From contig NW_003314407.1 in assembly GCF_000143415.4 (NCBI RefSeq), forward strand, positions 62,001 to 126,000: DNA of 64,000 nucleotides, read 5' to 3'. Within the stretch, counting starts at the first letter, position 1. The number at the start of each line of letters is the position of its first letter. Below are positions 12,301 through 24,860 of this stretch, piece by piece. The notes beneath the pieces are model-generated. The model saw only the letters and a program-made list of their open reading frames with translations, was not told where the DNA came from and did not search any database. The position numbers and the translations under genes are program-made. The DNA is from Selaginella moellendorffii (taxonomy: Eukaryota; Plantae; Lycopodiophyta).

Positions 12301-14120
12301 GAGTGACAAAAAAATGGGAATGGAAGAAGTACCTTTAGTGATTCAGTGGGTGTTGGACCAATTCTAGGATACCATGCTGGAGGAGCTACCGGCGGGGTTG
12401 CCCCCTGCACGACCGATAGAACATAAGATTGAGTTAGTCGAGGGTGCTGAGGTGGTGGTTTGTCCCCCCTATCATTTGAACAAAAAGGAACTCGAGGAGC
12501 TCAAGTGCCAACTAAAGGAGTTAGTGGACAAAGGGTATGTTAGGTTGAGCAAGTCGCCATATGGAGCGCCGGTGTTATTTGTGAAAAAAAAAGATGGATC
12601 TATGCGCATGTGCATATACTACCGGTTGCTCAACAAATATATAAAGAAGAACAAGTACCCTTTGTCAAGGATTGAGACCTATTCAATAAGTTGGGAAAAA
12701 CAAAATACTTCTCGAGGATTGACCTAAGGTTAAGATATTACCAGATCAGGGGAGCAAAGGAAGATGTCGAGAAGACAACCTGTCGAACAAGGTATGGGAG
12801 CTTTAAGTTTCTGGTGATGCCCTTTCGGCTATACAATGCACCGGCAACATTTTCAGCATTGATGAACCACATCTTTGTACCCTATCTGGATCACTTTGTG
12901 GTCATCTATATTGATGATATCCTGAACTATAGCGAAATGCTAAAAGAGCATGCCAAACACTTGACGAAGGTGTTTAAAAAACTAAGGGAACACCAATTGT
13001 ATGCTAAAGAGAGCAAATGTGACTTTGCTCAACAAGAGGTAAAGTTTCTCGGGTATGTGGTGGGCAAGGATGGGCTCAAAGTGGACCCTGAAAAGGTCCA
13101 AGCGATCCAAGATTGAGAGTGGCCATCGAATGTACATGAAATAAGGGCATTCTTAGGGTTATGCAACTACTACCGAAAGTTTATCAGACACTATTTAAGA
13201 GTAGCCTTGCCCTTAACAAACCAAACGGGAAAAGGGAAGATGGTATGGACAGCAGAATGCGAGGCAACATTTGTTCACCTCAAAGGGAAGTTGAGGAAGG
13301 CTCCCGTGTTGGCATTACCAGACTTTGGTAAGGACTTTGAGGTAGAAACGGAGTCTTCGAACTTTGCGTTGGGCACAGTTTTGAAGCAAGACAACCATCC
13401 AGTAACGTTCTTCTTGAAGAAGTTGGACAAGGCTCAAAGGAAGTGGCCTACCCACGAGAAGCAATTGCTTGTGGTGGTCAAGGCGCTCAAGGAGTGGCAA
13501 CACTACCTTGGGAGACACTTCAAGGTTTACACAGACAATGTGGCAACAAAACACTTCTTATCACAGCCCGACCTGAGAGGGAAACAGGGTCGGTGGGCCA
13601 ATGCTTTGGCCAAGTTTGATTGCGAGATTCTGTACAGGCCTGGGAAGAGCAACATCGTGGCAAATGCGCTAAGTCGAAAAGCGAACTTGAAGTTAGCAAT
13701 ATCCAGCACAATAGCAACCTTTTGGGATGATGTGCGGACAGCATATGAGAACGATGGTTTAGCACAAGAAGTGTTGCTGAGGAATCTGGAGGCATGGGAA
13801 GCTTACCAGAGAAGTGAGCTGCCAATGGAAGAGAAAATGGGCTATGCGAAATGCAATGGACTCATCTATTACAAACAAAAGAGGGTGTATGTTCCAGAAG
13901 GGGGACTAATAAAGGTAGCCTTAGAAGAGTGTCATGATGGACCTCTTGCGGGACACGGCGGAGTGCCCAAGACGATGGGCTTACTCAAAAGGAAGTATCA
14001 TTGGCCAGATATGGCTAAGGACGTCCAAGACTATATAAAGACATGTTCAACATGTTAGCAAGTCAAAGCCGTAACTAAGGCTAGTGGGGGCTTGTTACAA
14101 AGCATCCCAATTCCAGATCG

Positions 14121-14301
14121 TTCGTGGAAATGTCTTACGATCACGAAACTCCCCCCAAGCGAGGGGTTCGATGCGATATTCGTGGAAATGTCTTACGATC
14201 ACGGGACTCCCCCCAAGCGAGGGGTTCAATGCGATATTCGTGGAAATGTCTTACAATCACGAGACTCCCCCCAAGTGAGGGGTTCGATGCGATATTCGTG
14301 G
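14121..14301. repeat. 58-bp tandem triplication within integrase
   Basis: Three slightly diverged copies of TTCGTGGAAATGTCTTACGATCACG...GGTTCGATGCGATA. Confidence 0.95.
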
Positions 14302-14638
14302 TGGTGGACTGATTTTCAAAGATGGCACATTTCATACCCACCACAACGGAAGTGGATGCGAAAGGTGTGGCGAAGCTGTTCTTCGAACAAATGGTTCGAG
14401 TGCAAGGAAGGCCAGAAGAGATTATCTCAAATCGAGATAAGATCTTCACCAGTAGGTTCTGGAGAACTCTCCTAGAACAGTATCACATTAAGTTAAAATT
14501 CAGCACAGCTTATCATCCACAGACAGGTATTGGGTATTAAGTCAAGTTTGATGGCACTAACACTGCTTGACAGATGGACAAATGGAAAGGGTGAATAGGC
14601 AGCTGGAGGATTATTTGCGATGCTATGTCTCGGGAGAC

Positions 14639-14832
14639 TGTAAGCTCCTGAGTTTGGACTTCCTGGGAGGTCACCCAGCCCAGTACTATTCAAACCCAAG
14701 GACGCTTAACCCCAAGTATCCCAAGACCCTTAACCGATTGGAAAAGGGGGTGCACTCTTATTTATGGGCCCTTTCCCTCTATATTTGAACCCCATGGATC
14801 GTCTCTTGAGCCGTTCCCTTTGGTTGCTTACA
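14639..14832 (-). mobile_element. Solo Cassandra-type LTR inserted in the gypsy integrase
   Basis: TGTAAGC...GCTTACA, 194 bp, flanked by 5-bp TSD GAGAC (14634-14638, 14833-14837); 5S-like segment at 14656-14710. Confidence 0.93.
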
Positions 14833-14859
14833 GAGACCAAACGGTTTAGGGTTTGCTAA

Positions 14860-17800
14860 TGGTAAGCTAATTAAAATGGGTTAGCTAGGTCGACCAGGCA
14901 TAGAGAACTACACCCGACTCCCCACAGGGATGTCGAAACCGTAGACGTATTCTATGAAGGTTAGGTTCGAGTCCCAACCCCCTAGTAAAGCAAGGTTGGG
15001 TTCAAGTCCCAACCCCATACTAGGGCATGGTGGTATATTGACACCTATATTCCATTGTCATGGGCTTTTGGCCGGGGAGGCTAACTTAGGCACACTGCTA
15101 AGTGGGGGGATGCCCTTGGAGACATGGTCAACAAGTCGTATGATAAAAAGAGACTTTCGATATGGGCATCGAACTTCTTCTATGGGTGGTGGAGTTGCCG
15201 AAAGCATGGGAACTTAGCAAAAACCAAGGCAGTTGTAGCGCACGTGGTTTTGACCCTTTATCCTATGGTGATTTACCATAGGATAACACCACGAAGCGGA
15301 ACCTAAACCCTCTTTGTGCCACGTGACGGATGCCACATGTCACATGCCACGTGTCCATGCCACGTGTCCATAAAAACCCGAGGTTCAGGGCCTTGGGCCA
15401 CTGAACAAAGGAACGGTGCCAAACTCCCAAGCATGGAGCCAAGGAGTGACGGAACCGAACCACGGAGCAACTCCTAAGCATAAAGCCCAAGGAGCGAAGG
15501 GACAGGAGCCTGGAGCGACTTGGAACAGTCCTGGAGCAACCAGCATCCCAATGCCAGGACCAGCACACAAAACGGAGCCAAACGGAGTCTGGCGCTATTT
15601 CGGCATACCGGTGGCTTAACGTGAGGATATGGGTACTCCACCAAATAGCATGGAATGGAACTTGGGCTTAGACCCGAGCCGGACGCAGAACAAAGACAGG
15701 CACGCAAGCGGGAGCTAGACTATGCCTCAGGTTGGTCGGCCATGCCCGACCTACCCACTATCCCTACTATACATTTGGAACCCCCCACAGCCCCCCCCCC
15801 CCCTTGAGGAACACACGCTTTGGGCTTTCACCCCAAGCCTCCCTTAGTATCAGGAGTTAGTCTCTGGGACAAGCTCGAAACTTACTAAATATGGAATGTC
15901 CCTAGATTGCGAATTTAGACACAGGACGAACACCATTGTGTTCAGGCCAATCTCTACATTCTGTAGATATGTCAAATGAGCAAATCTGGACACTTTCCAT
16001 AAATAGCATTTGGGACCGAAATGAGACTAACACAAAGGGCATGATAGCGAGGGTGTTTGGCAGGCACGGTAAGCTATCATGTAGCGATATCGAGGGACCA
16101 ATCTCAATACGCGAGGGTTCTTGTCAAGCCAATGCAAGACAGAGCAAAAGAGAACTAACAAGCCGGGTCAAGTATGCTCAGCTAAATAGACACTTAGGAA
16201 TTCCTTCCTTATGCTCATCCGGCCAAGTACAGATGCAAAGTCCAGTTTACTAACACTTGAACAAGAGGGGCTGATAAAGGGAACCAGCAATACCGACCTC
16301 CTGCCATCGTGGCAGTAAGGTAAGAGTGTCCATAAGGACTAGTCGACAGGTAACTTTCGATACCCGAAGTCACATTCACGACACTCTCCCCCCCTTGGGA
16401 AGATCGACGTCCTCGTCGATGCATACTCGAGTCTAGAATACCGCCAAGGAAACAACTCCAGAAAAAGTTCACGGTACTCACACTATGTGAGAAATGCACC
16501 AACTTAAATGAGTTAGGGGGCAACCTCTTTGTCTAACGCGGATGCGCTACCAGCTCAGACACCTTCCGGCTGTCGCCGACAAGGAAATGACCAACGGAGT
16601 CAACCACCCTTGCTGCTCTGGGAGTCACCCAGCTTACAAAAGTGTGATACGCCCCTGCCCGCAGGGACATAGAGAGAGAAGCCAGAGGCCCCAACCCTCC
16701 TGAGCAAAGAAACCAAACCCGTCGGTAAGGTTTAGATAGACTACTGTAAACAGGCAGTTAGAGTTGTTTACACGGTCACGCCCTTTTAACGGAATAAGGA
16801 ACATCGACAGAAAGGCGGGTTATGTGACCAGTCGACAGTAGCTACCCCATGACTAAAGATTTCACCATGCACACGAAGTGCCGAAGCCAGTCTGCCTATT
16901 ACTGGCCCAAACTCAAAGATCAATAGATGGACAATATCAAAGTCATAGACAATGATATCTTAGAGACTCAATTATCAGAGAGGATATCTTAGATTAGAAC
17001 ACAAAAGTATTCCAAGTAAGTTATCATCCGATAAACAAGTAGTATAGTACAAGAACCACCAAGATCATCAAAATTGGTAAACATAGGATTCACCATCAAA
17101 CAAAATTCAATAGCAAGTATATCATCAAGTAAACTTAACGATAAAGTTTAACTATTAAAGATTGCAGATAGAATGCCAAACAACTTACAAAAGATAACTC
17201 AAAGAACACAAAGTATCATCAACTGGCAAGCAAAATACTCGCGAATGTATCACCCGGAGGAAATAACATTCCAATCTATCAGAACTAACTCGAGCAATAA
17301 TCAATAGAACAGAATGAATGCGGTAAGACCAACAAACACCCATTCATGCTAACTATCACAGAAACCAATCTGAATAGATCCCAACCAACAATACCAAGGA
17401 ACTCAAGTTGCCTAAGCAAGTGTCAGCAACATCCTACTGATGTCTCAAACCCAAAAGACCAATCCAAAACAAACCACAAAAAACATGTGGTATTGCGAAA
17501 AGCCAAAAGCTATCAAAAAGAATAACTAACTATCACGAAAGATCATCAATCATCCCATCAATAAAGAGATGCATAATCATCGTCTAAGAAAGAATCCACT
17601 ACCCCGAAGAATAGTGAATCATTCTATATCAACAACAATCAAGCAAAACCCTTGACAAGGATAATCCACTATCTTAGATGATAATTAATCATCACCAATG
17701 ATTGCCAGATGCAAATACTAACTTCATCAAAGCTAACAAGCCAAAATGCCTTCCCCAATGACTTCTAACAAATGGAACAACGAGTATAAAACTCAAAGAA

Positions 17801-20800
17801 CCAAAAGCTCGAAGAAGTCTATAGCTAAGTCTTTCCTAACAATGATCACGAGTCTCACATAAACTAACTTCAATGCCAAGAAGAAATCATGGTGCAACCC
17901 ACAATATTTTCCTTAACACATCCATAAGCTAAAATTCATAATGCAAAGCTAATAAAGAGCATATGTGCATCAATCCAAAAGCTAAGCATAACGAAGCTAT
18001 GCTGGACAAGTGATCACCAAACGATCCTCCATGAATCCATCCATAGCAAGACGTAACTCACTTCATAACAAGCACAAAAAGAATCATCAATGATCAATAT
18101 ATTTCAACTAAAATCCCATAAGGATTCAAATATTCCAAGATCGATCACTAACTCTCCCATTTGTAGAGTTAGCATAGTCCATGACTAAATCACTTTTCAA
18201 GGAAAAGCCAAAGCTCAACCCCTACTAAATAACCTCATCTAGAACACAACTAACTCAAACTTGCCACTCAATTCATTTGAACGTCAATACAGTTGCTAAT
18301 TAACAAATGCACCAATGCCAATAACACAAAGCCATAGCCAAATCATCAACACTATTTTTATCGAGACTAATAAAACACTCAATATCAATTCTATGGAGAG
18401 ATATCTCATTTCACTTGAATATCAACTTCAACAATGTCAATGAAAAGGCATCACTTCAATGTCATCAACACTATAACAAAGCTAGAAGAAAGCAAGAGTG
18501 AATCACCACTCAAAACTCTCTAGCAACTAAGCTAACCAAGGTCGAAGATACTTTACTTAATATCCGAAACCAATCCTTCAACAATACTCAGTTACAGATA
18601 ACACTTCCTCAAGGAGTGCATCACCACATCCAAGACTCAATGAAATCCAACACTATGAACTAAATGCAACCAAATGATATCGACAGAGGTAGAGTCGACA
18701 TGCCAACATGGAAAACCTCCGCATCCTCCGCAACCCCATTCGGTAAGCAAGCCCATCACTGATAAATCTTCATCGAGTGAAGCAAGTGTCAACAGTCCTT
18801 GACAAAGTCTACAAGCAATTACTAGTTGCCAAGCAACTAACCATCACTTTTTCAACTTGCTTTCATGAGACCCAAACACTAAACTCACGTCATTTAGTCA
18901 TATACTTGTCCAACATGAACGTGATACCTTCGCTATGAGATAAAAGTTCATTGACAAGCACAAACTAAATAACCACCCGAATCCAACTCAATTGCAATAA
19001 GCTCACTAATGCATTTAGCCACTAGCTCTGAGCATGCCTTGAAGAGGCTAGCTATGCGTAATCAACACTTAGTCGAAACTAAAGTGAAGACCACGAGATG
19101 GATCCATATCGGTACACAACCTCCTCATAGACAAAGCTACAGTATGGGTACTAACATCTCAACTACAAACAACTAAGTTGGACATCACCATCCTCAGCCA
19201 AGGCGCAAGACCACCAAGACCAAGTCAAGATCAGTGAGAGCTCACTACTCTCATAGAGTCTAACAAAATGCAGGGTGCAACCTGCCACCAAGCATAACAC
19301 TACAGAAGAAAGGCACAAGGGTCACCTTTCTTAGAAAAGTGCAACGGCCACTTTTCTACATCAACTCCAGACTCTATCCAACTCAATTGCCTTAGCCCCA
19401 AAGGTCAGCATCCCTTTCGGGTCGCATCATACAACTACCTACTAAGGTTTAAGCTAACCGAAGTCAACTCCAACCTCTTCACTAGTTTGTATCGGCTTAT
19501 GAAAACGGAATGGTTTTCGGACAAAGTGATAACAGATCAGCCATTAGAAAAGTCTGAGAAAATTTGTGGAAAATTTCCATCCTAGAAAAAGAATGACTCT
19601 CAGTCCAGGAATACAAACTTTCAAGACTTAACCAACTTCCTCCTACCAACAACTTCACATAGGTTCACCTCAACACAAATTCTCGAGACCCATAATATGC
19701 TTAAGCATCGAACATCTTTTTGCCCATTCTTTCGACATCCAACTCTGACATCCATAAAATGCAAATGGAACATCCAAGGCTTGATCACGAAGACTACATC
19801 TTTGGATATCCACATTGCACTAACACTTTTCTTCAATCACCTTCAAGATCCAATGTGAAGCCAAAATATTAACAAGAAAAATGACATGGAAAATCAAGCT
19901 CTAAGGAAACTTCCTCATCACTTAAAATAACAATGCCACTTTCACTAACACAAGTGCTAGTAATGTCAATGCCTCAACTTCACACCTTCTCTATCCAACA
20001 ATCTACTCCAAGTGTTAACGGATCAACTAATGAGCTATAGCAACTAAATGCTACAACCCTTTTCCAACACCTTAGTGGGCAAACTCAAGGAAACAAGGAA
20101 CCAACTTAAGCTTAGCATAATGGACCACTATCGAGAATCCCGTCAAAGCTACTATAATGCTACTTCGTGCAAGTAGACTACCTTCTCCATCAACCACTTT
20201 GGGGTTGATTATCGTTTAACCAAGCAACTTCGTAAACACATTGCTCACTATCACATGGATATGATATAAGTATCACAATGACTTGATCATCAATTGAGCA
20301 ACACCACGAACAATGCCAATGTCATTACTTCAAAGGTTTACATGAATATCAAGTGCCAACTCAACTTGACAGAATGCAACATAAATGCCACACTCTACCG
20401 ATAGAGATTTACAACACCCAACACCACTAACTTTTTGTTCACAACACAGACAAGCTCATGCCACTCGCTATCCAATCAAACTCAAAACTTAACCCAACAC
20501 CAAGCTACTCAGGGAACAATAGCTAGGTTCCCCGGAAAAGAATTGAGCATTGTAACCCAAGTCTTCCAATAGCGAGCTTAGACAAAATGGTTTAACGCTT
20601 CACCGCTATCCATCCCATAACTCACCACTTGTAAGACTATCATAATCAACATGCATCAAGATAGGGACTCTTGATTGCATAATGTGAATACGAACAATGA
20701 GTCAACACCTCGTTGCAAATCATCTCTCCAAGAAGAAAAGATGATTTACATGTTTGACCCTTCGTCCCTGACGACTCTCTTTTCGGTTTCATCTTTGACT

Positions 20801-22552
20801 AAACCTCAAGCTTGCTTTCGCACTGCCTTCAGTCCAATCCAAGAAAATTTATGAGAGAGCACGGCAATGATTACTTGAATCAATAGACTCATCCCTATAG
20901 TCTTAGTTGATCCACTTGTAACCATGCCTAGGAAGGATCCACTAGTGCCGTGCTAAACAGCTACGGACTAGCCTATTTGCCACTCATAGCAAACCCAGGG
21001 AAGGTTTACTTTCACCCATGGTACATGGAACAACTCATAGAACCACCAATAGGCTAACATTAATCCTGCCAACTCAAAGCATATCCTTGAGTTGCTAATG
21101 CGCCTCACTCACGAGTCCAAGCGTAAACTCGTGCTAATGGAGCATCTCAAATCCATCCTATGAGCCCAAGAGCAAGCTCACATTATTAGGTACAAAAGGT
21201 AACCAAAACCATACCCAAGGAACAAATGTGAACCCTTTGCACCAAACGTGTACCCACTCGGATCATCGTTTTCATCTCTGCGTATGCAACGAGACTAGTT
21301 GCCCAATCTCATTGTATAGTACTCGCTGAGACTCATCCTTTGATACCAAATGTAGCGCACGTGGTTTTGACCCTTTATCCTATGGTGATTTACCATAGGA
21401 TAACACCACGAAGCAGAACCTAAACCCTCTTTGTGCCACGTGACGGATGCCACGTGTCACATGCCACGTGTCCATGCCACGTGTCCATAAGAACCCGAGG
21501 TTCAGGGCCTTGGGCCACTGAACAAAGGAACGGTGCCAAACTCCCAAGCATGGAGCCAAGGAGTGACGGAACCGAACCACGGAGCAACTCCTGAGCATAA
21601 AGCCCAAGGAGCGAAGGGACAGGAGCCCGGAGCGACTTGGAACAGTCCTGGAGCAACCAGCATCCCAATGCCAGGACCAGCACACAAAATGGAGCCAAAC
21701 GGAGTCTGGCGCTATTTCGGCATACCGGTGGCCTAACGTGAGGATATGGGTACTCCACCAACTAGCATGGAATGGAACTTGGGCTTAGACCCGAGCCGGA
21801 CGCAAAACAGAGACAGGCACGCAAGCGGGAGCTAGACTATGCCTCAGGTTGGTCGGCCATGCCTGACCTACCCACTATCCCTACTATACATTTGGAACCC
21901 CCCACAGCCCCCCCCCCCTTGAGGAACACACGCTTTGGGCTTTCACCCCAAGCCTCCCTTAGTATCAGGAGTTAGTCTCTGGGACAAGCTCGAAACTTAC
22001 TAAATATGGAATGTCCCTAGATTGCGAATTTAGACACAGGACGAACACCAGGCCAATCTCTACATTCCGTAGATATGCCAAATGAGCAAATCTGGACACT
22101 TTCCATAAATAGCATTTGGGACCGAAATGAGACTAACACAAAGGGCATGATAGCGAGGGTGTTTGGCAGGCACGGTAAGCTATCATGTAGCGATATCGAG
22201 GGACCAATCTCAATACGTGAGGGTTCTTGTCAAGCCAGTGCAAGACAGAGCAAAAGAGAACTAACAAGCCGGGCCAAGTATGCTCAGCTAAATAGACACT
22301 TAGGAATTCCTTCCTTATGCTCATCCGGCCAAGTACAGATGCAAAGTCCAGTTTACTAACACTTGAACAAGAGGGGCTGATAAAGGGAACCAGCAATACC
22401 GACCTCCTGCCATCGTGGCAGTAAGGTAAGAGTGTCCATAAGGACTAATCGACAGGTAACTTTCGATACCCGAAGTCACATTCGCGACAGCAGTGTTGGT
22501 CGGATAGACGAGGTAAGCTAGCAAATTGGAAAGGAAAAATTTGTGGCTTACA
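14860..22552 (+). mobile_element. LTR remnant (14860-15233 + 22495-22552) sharing its 3' end with the element D LTR; interrupted by element C
   Basis: Joining 15208-15233 to 22495-22552 reproduces the last ~84 bp of the D LTR with ~6 mismatches; the upstream part is unrelated to D; left boundary uncertain. Confidence 0.6.
15234..22489 (-). mobile_element. Full-length non-autonomous LTR element (LARD-like), element C
   Basis: Highly similar LTRs 15234-16383 and 21351-22489; TSD GCAGT (15229-15233, 22490-22494); PBS TGGTATCAAAG at 21338-21348 (minus); PPT at 16384-16394; ~5-kb interior without long ORFs. Confidence 0.95.
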
Positions 22553-23039
22553 GCTAATAGTGGCTGTCTCACAACAGGGGAGGGTGCTAGGACTATGAAT
22601 TCAATGTGGTGTAGCAAATTTACTATCAATACACCAGAGTTTTATAAGTGACTCCATATTAAAAAGCCTACGGGGAATTAGCTCTAGGCACCTCTGCAAA
22701 ACACACTTTGGACAAGTATTACCCAATACAGCTCTTATCACATCTATATTGACTACCACTCCAAACTCACACAAACACCAAATATTATCCCAAAAATGAT
22801 AGATAATAATCACTATAAAGTGATCAAACCCATAGGACATATCATTCTCAATTTGTCCTTAGCATAAAAAACCCCCCATATCATTTTTTTTTTGAATTGT
22901 AGAAGAATCTGCAAAAGAAGCACTTCAACCTCGACAAGAGTCTTCATTGAGTACACAACCTATGTTCTTAAGATAAGGTGCAATGTGCAGCAATCCACAC
23001 CAATAGATTCAGTGAGATCCTTTATTTTGTAACTTCCAA

Positions 23040-23110
23040 TCAATTTAGCATTTACCCACCTTTGCTGACAAACTACCCTTTCATAGAATGGGGGATCAAT
23101 TTTGCAATGG
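23040..23110 (+). pseudogene. Possible gypsy integrase relic
   Basis: Translates PLLTNYPFIEWGINF, similar to the PFxxWGIDF integrase motif; very short. Confidence 0.3.
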
Positions 23111-23631
23111 AAGAGCTTGTTTTATGCACTATTAATTGCCAGCAGCTTGACATAGTCCCATAGAAAGTACGGAAAAGCCACTAGAGTGTAAAATTGTTGC
23201 CATGGTTCTCACTTACAATTCTGTGCATGGCTTGTGCTAATTAAAAGTGTTGCTCACACCATAAAAAACACATTGAAAATAAACTCCTGCATAATGGTGA
23301 CATGTAAAATAGCTCTTGGTATGAAAAGTATGACCATGCCCAAAAAGATAGTTTCAAAGTTTTACAAAAACAATTATTCATTCTCTGCTAAGCCTACCTA
23401 AATTTGGGCTAAGCCCACCTTTGGAAAATCCAGGTTCAGCATACCACATCACTTTTTTGTTGCCATATTTTTTAGTATAAAAATTACTTCAAACTCCCTA
23501 ATTATATTTATTTTTTACCAAATCTAATAAGAAGGATATCTTTTCAAGGGAAGCTGGATTCTCTACTAGTAATATATTCTTTATACAAAATGAAATATTC
23601 ATTAAAAATAATTACAGTAGAATTAAGAATA

Positions 23632-24860
23632 TCATGTCAAGCTGGAAATCTTCCTTTGTACTGTACCTCCCCACTCCCCAATGTCCCTGTACTGAAGAAA
23701 ATTGTGCCCTTTTGAGAGCTTGCTCCGATACTCCCTTTTCAAAGACCTCCCTGCAGTGATCATTTCCAGGAGTTGAAGGCACTCTTTCCTTCGTCCACAA
23801 GGGCTTGATCTCAGCCAGAGCACATCAGTAGGACCCCCTAAAGCAGGCCTTTTCCCTAGAGTGTGGGCGGCCATCTCGTTGTAGAGCGCGCTGCTGAGGG
23901 ACACCGTGAAGGGGTTCCACATCTGCTTCATCTCTGCCTCGACTTCCCTGCTCCTCTCCTTCATATCTGCACCGTTAACCATGAGACAAGCCGTGGAGAA
24001 AGCTTGGCGGCTACCCTGTCCAGCAGTAGCATCCTCCTGCCAACGTAGCTGTGTGTCTCTTATGTAATCCTTGATGCCAGGACAGTAATACTCCCATGGC
24101 GGTGTCAACCCTTTCATGAAAAACTCAAACGGTTCTTCGTCTCCGAGATCGCCAACCACAGCTACACTCGCTCTACCCTGTATCCCATCCATATCTGGAA
24201 AGAATCCTTAGAGCTGGCTAACACCACAACTTTTTCTGCTTCGTGATCACACCAACCACTCTTGAAGTGTCGCCAGATTTTCTTGCTCTTCATGACTAAC
24301 GCTCCACTTGTGAAGCTTGTTCGCCTCATCACTGCATAAACCCAGTGACATACGCTTTGACCGTCCTGAACAAGGCTTCCAGTCGCTCAAGTAGTCTTGT
24401 CATATCGTCCGGACTAGCAGACTTGACAGCCTCTTTCAAAGCTTGTCCAGTATCAGGAATCTCAACACCCTCACTGATGTAATGCACGGCCGATTTGGCC
24501 TTGAGCTCCTTGCTGAAGCTAGCTGCAGTGTAACTTTCCCCCCTGCATATTGATGAGGATCGGAAATCACTTGCATCGTTTCCTTAAACTCGGACAGCAA
24601 GGCCGACTTGCCAGAGTTCAGAGGTCCCGTAAGCACTAGCAACTCACCGATTCTTATTGTTGCACTTGTCTCAAGACGAAGAAGAATGGGTGCCTCCCAC
24701 AACGGTTTAAACCTTAAAAGTAAAACCTTTAAACCATACTGGTTTGCCCGGCCCAGCAAGCCAGTGCCACCATACCTAGCTCCTAGCTCAATCCCTCGCT
24801 TCCCCTGGATCCTGTTGCGAATCCCACCCTGCCACTCTGCATCCTCCCGACGTGCATCAA
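23632..24860 (-). CDS. Putative P-loop ATPase (AAA+/ATPase_2-like), possibly a pseudogene
   Basis: Walker A LLVLTGPLNSGKS (ORF 24436-24759), Walker B-like DEANKLHKW (~24300-24330), VVGDLGDEE..EFF (ORF 23632-24192); frames do not join cleanly. Confidence 0.5.

Larger units (their letters stand above)
9345..14843 (+). mobile_element. Ty3/gypsy LTR retrotransposon (chromovirus-like), element D, 3'-truncated
   Basis: 5' LTR 9345-10496 (TGTAAG...CTTACA), PBS TGGTATCAGAGC at 10500-10511, then gag-PR-RT-RH-IN order; breaks off inside integrase. Confidence 0.93.
10556..14843 (+). pseudogene. Decayed gag-pol polyprotein
   Basis: Gag (10906-11565 ORF); zinc knuckle CYNCSKVGHFSREC ~11650-11700; protease ILIDTGASNNFV ~11861-11896; [22 protein letters not shown] and YIDD; RNase H; IN HDGPLAGH..CSTC and STAYHPQTDGQMERVN; multiple stops and frameshifts. 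Confidence 0.93.

Noticed and set aside
14121-14301. CRISPR-like repeat
   Set aside because: Head-to-tail duplication without spacers inside a eukaryotic retroelement.
14656-14710. Functional 5S rRNA gene
   Set aside because: Only the internal promoter segment is present, embedded in an LTR.
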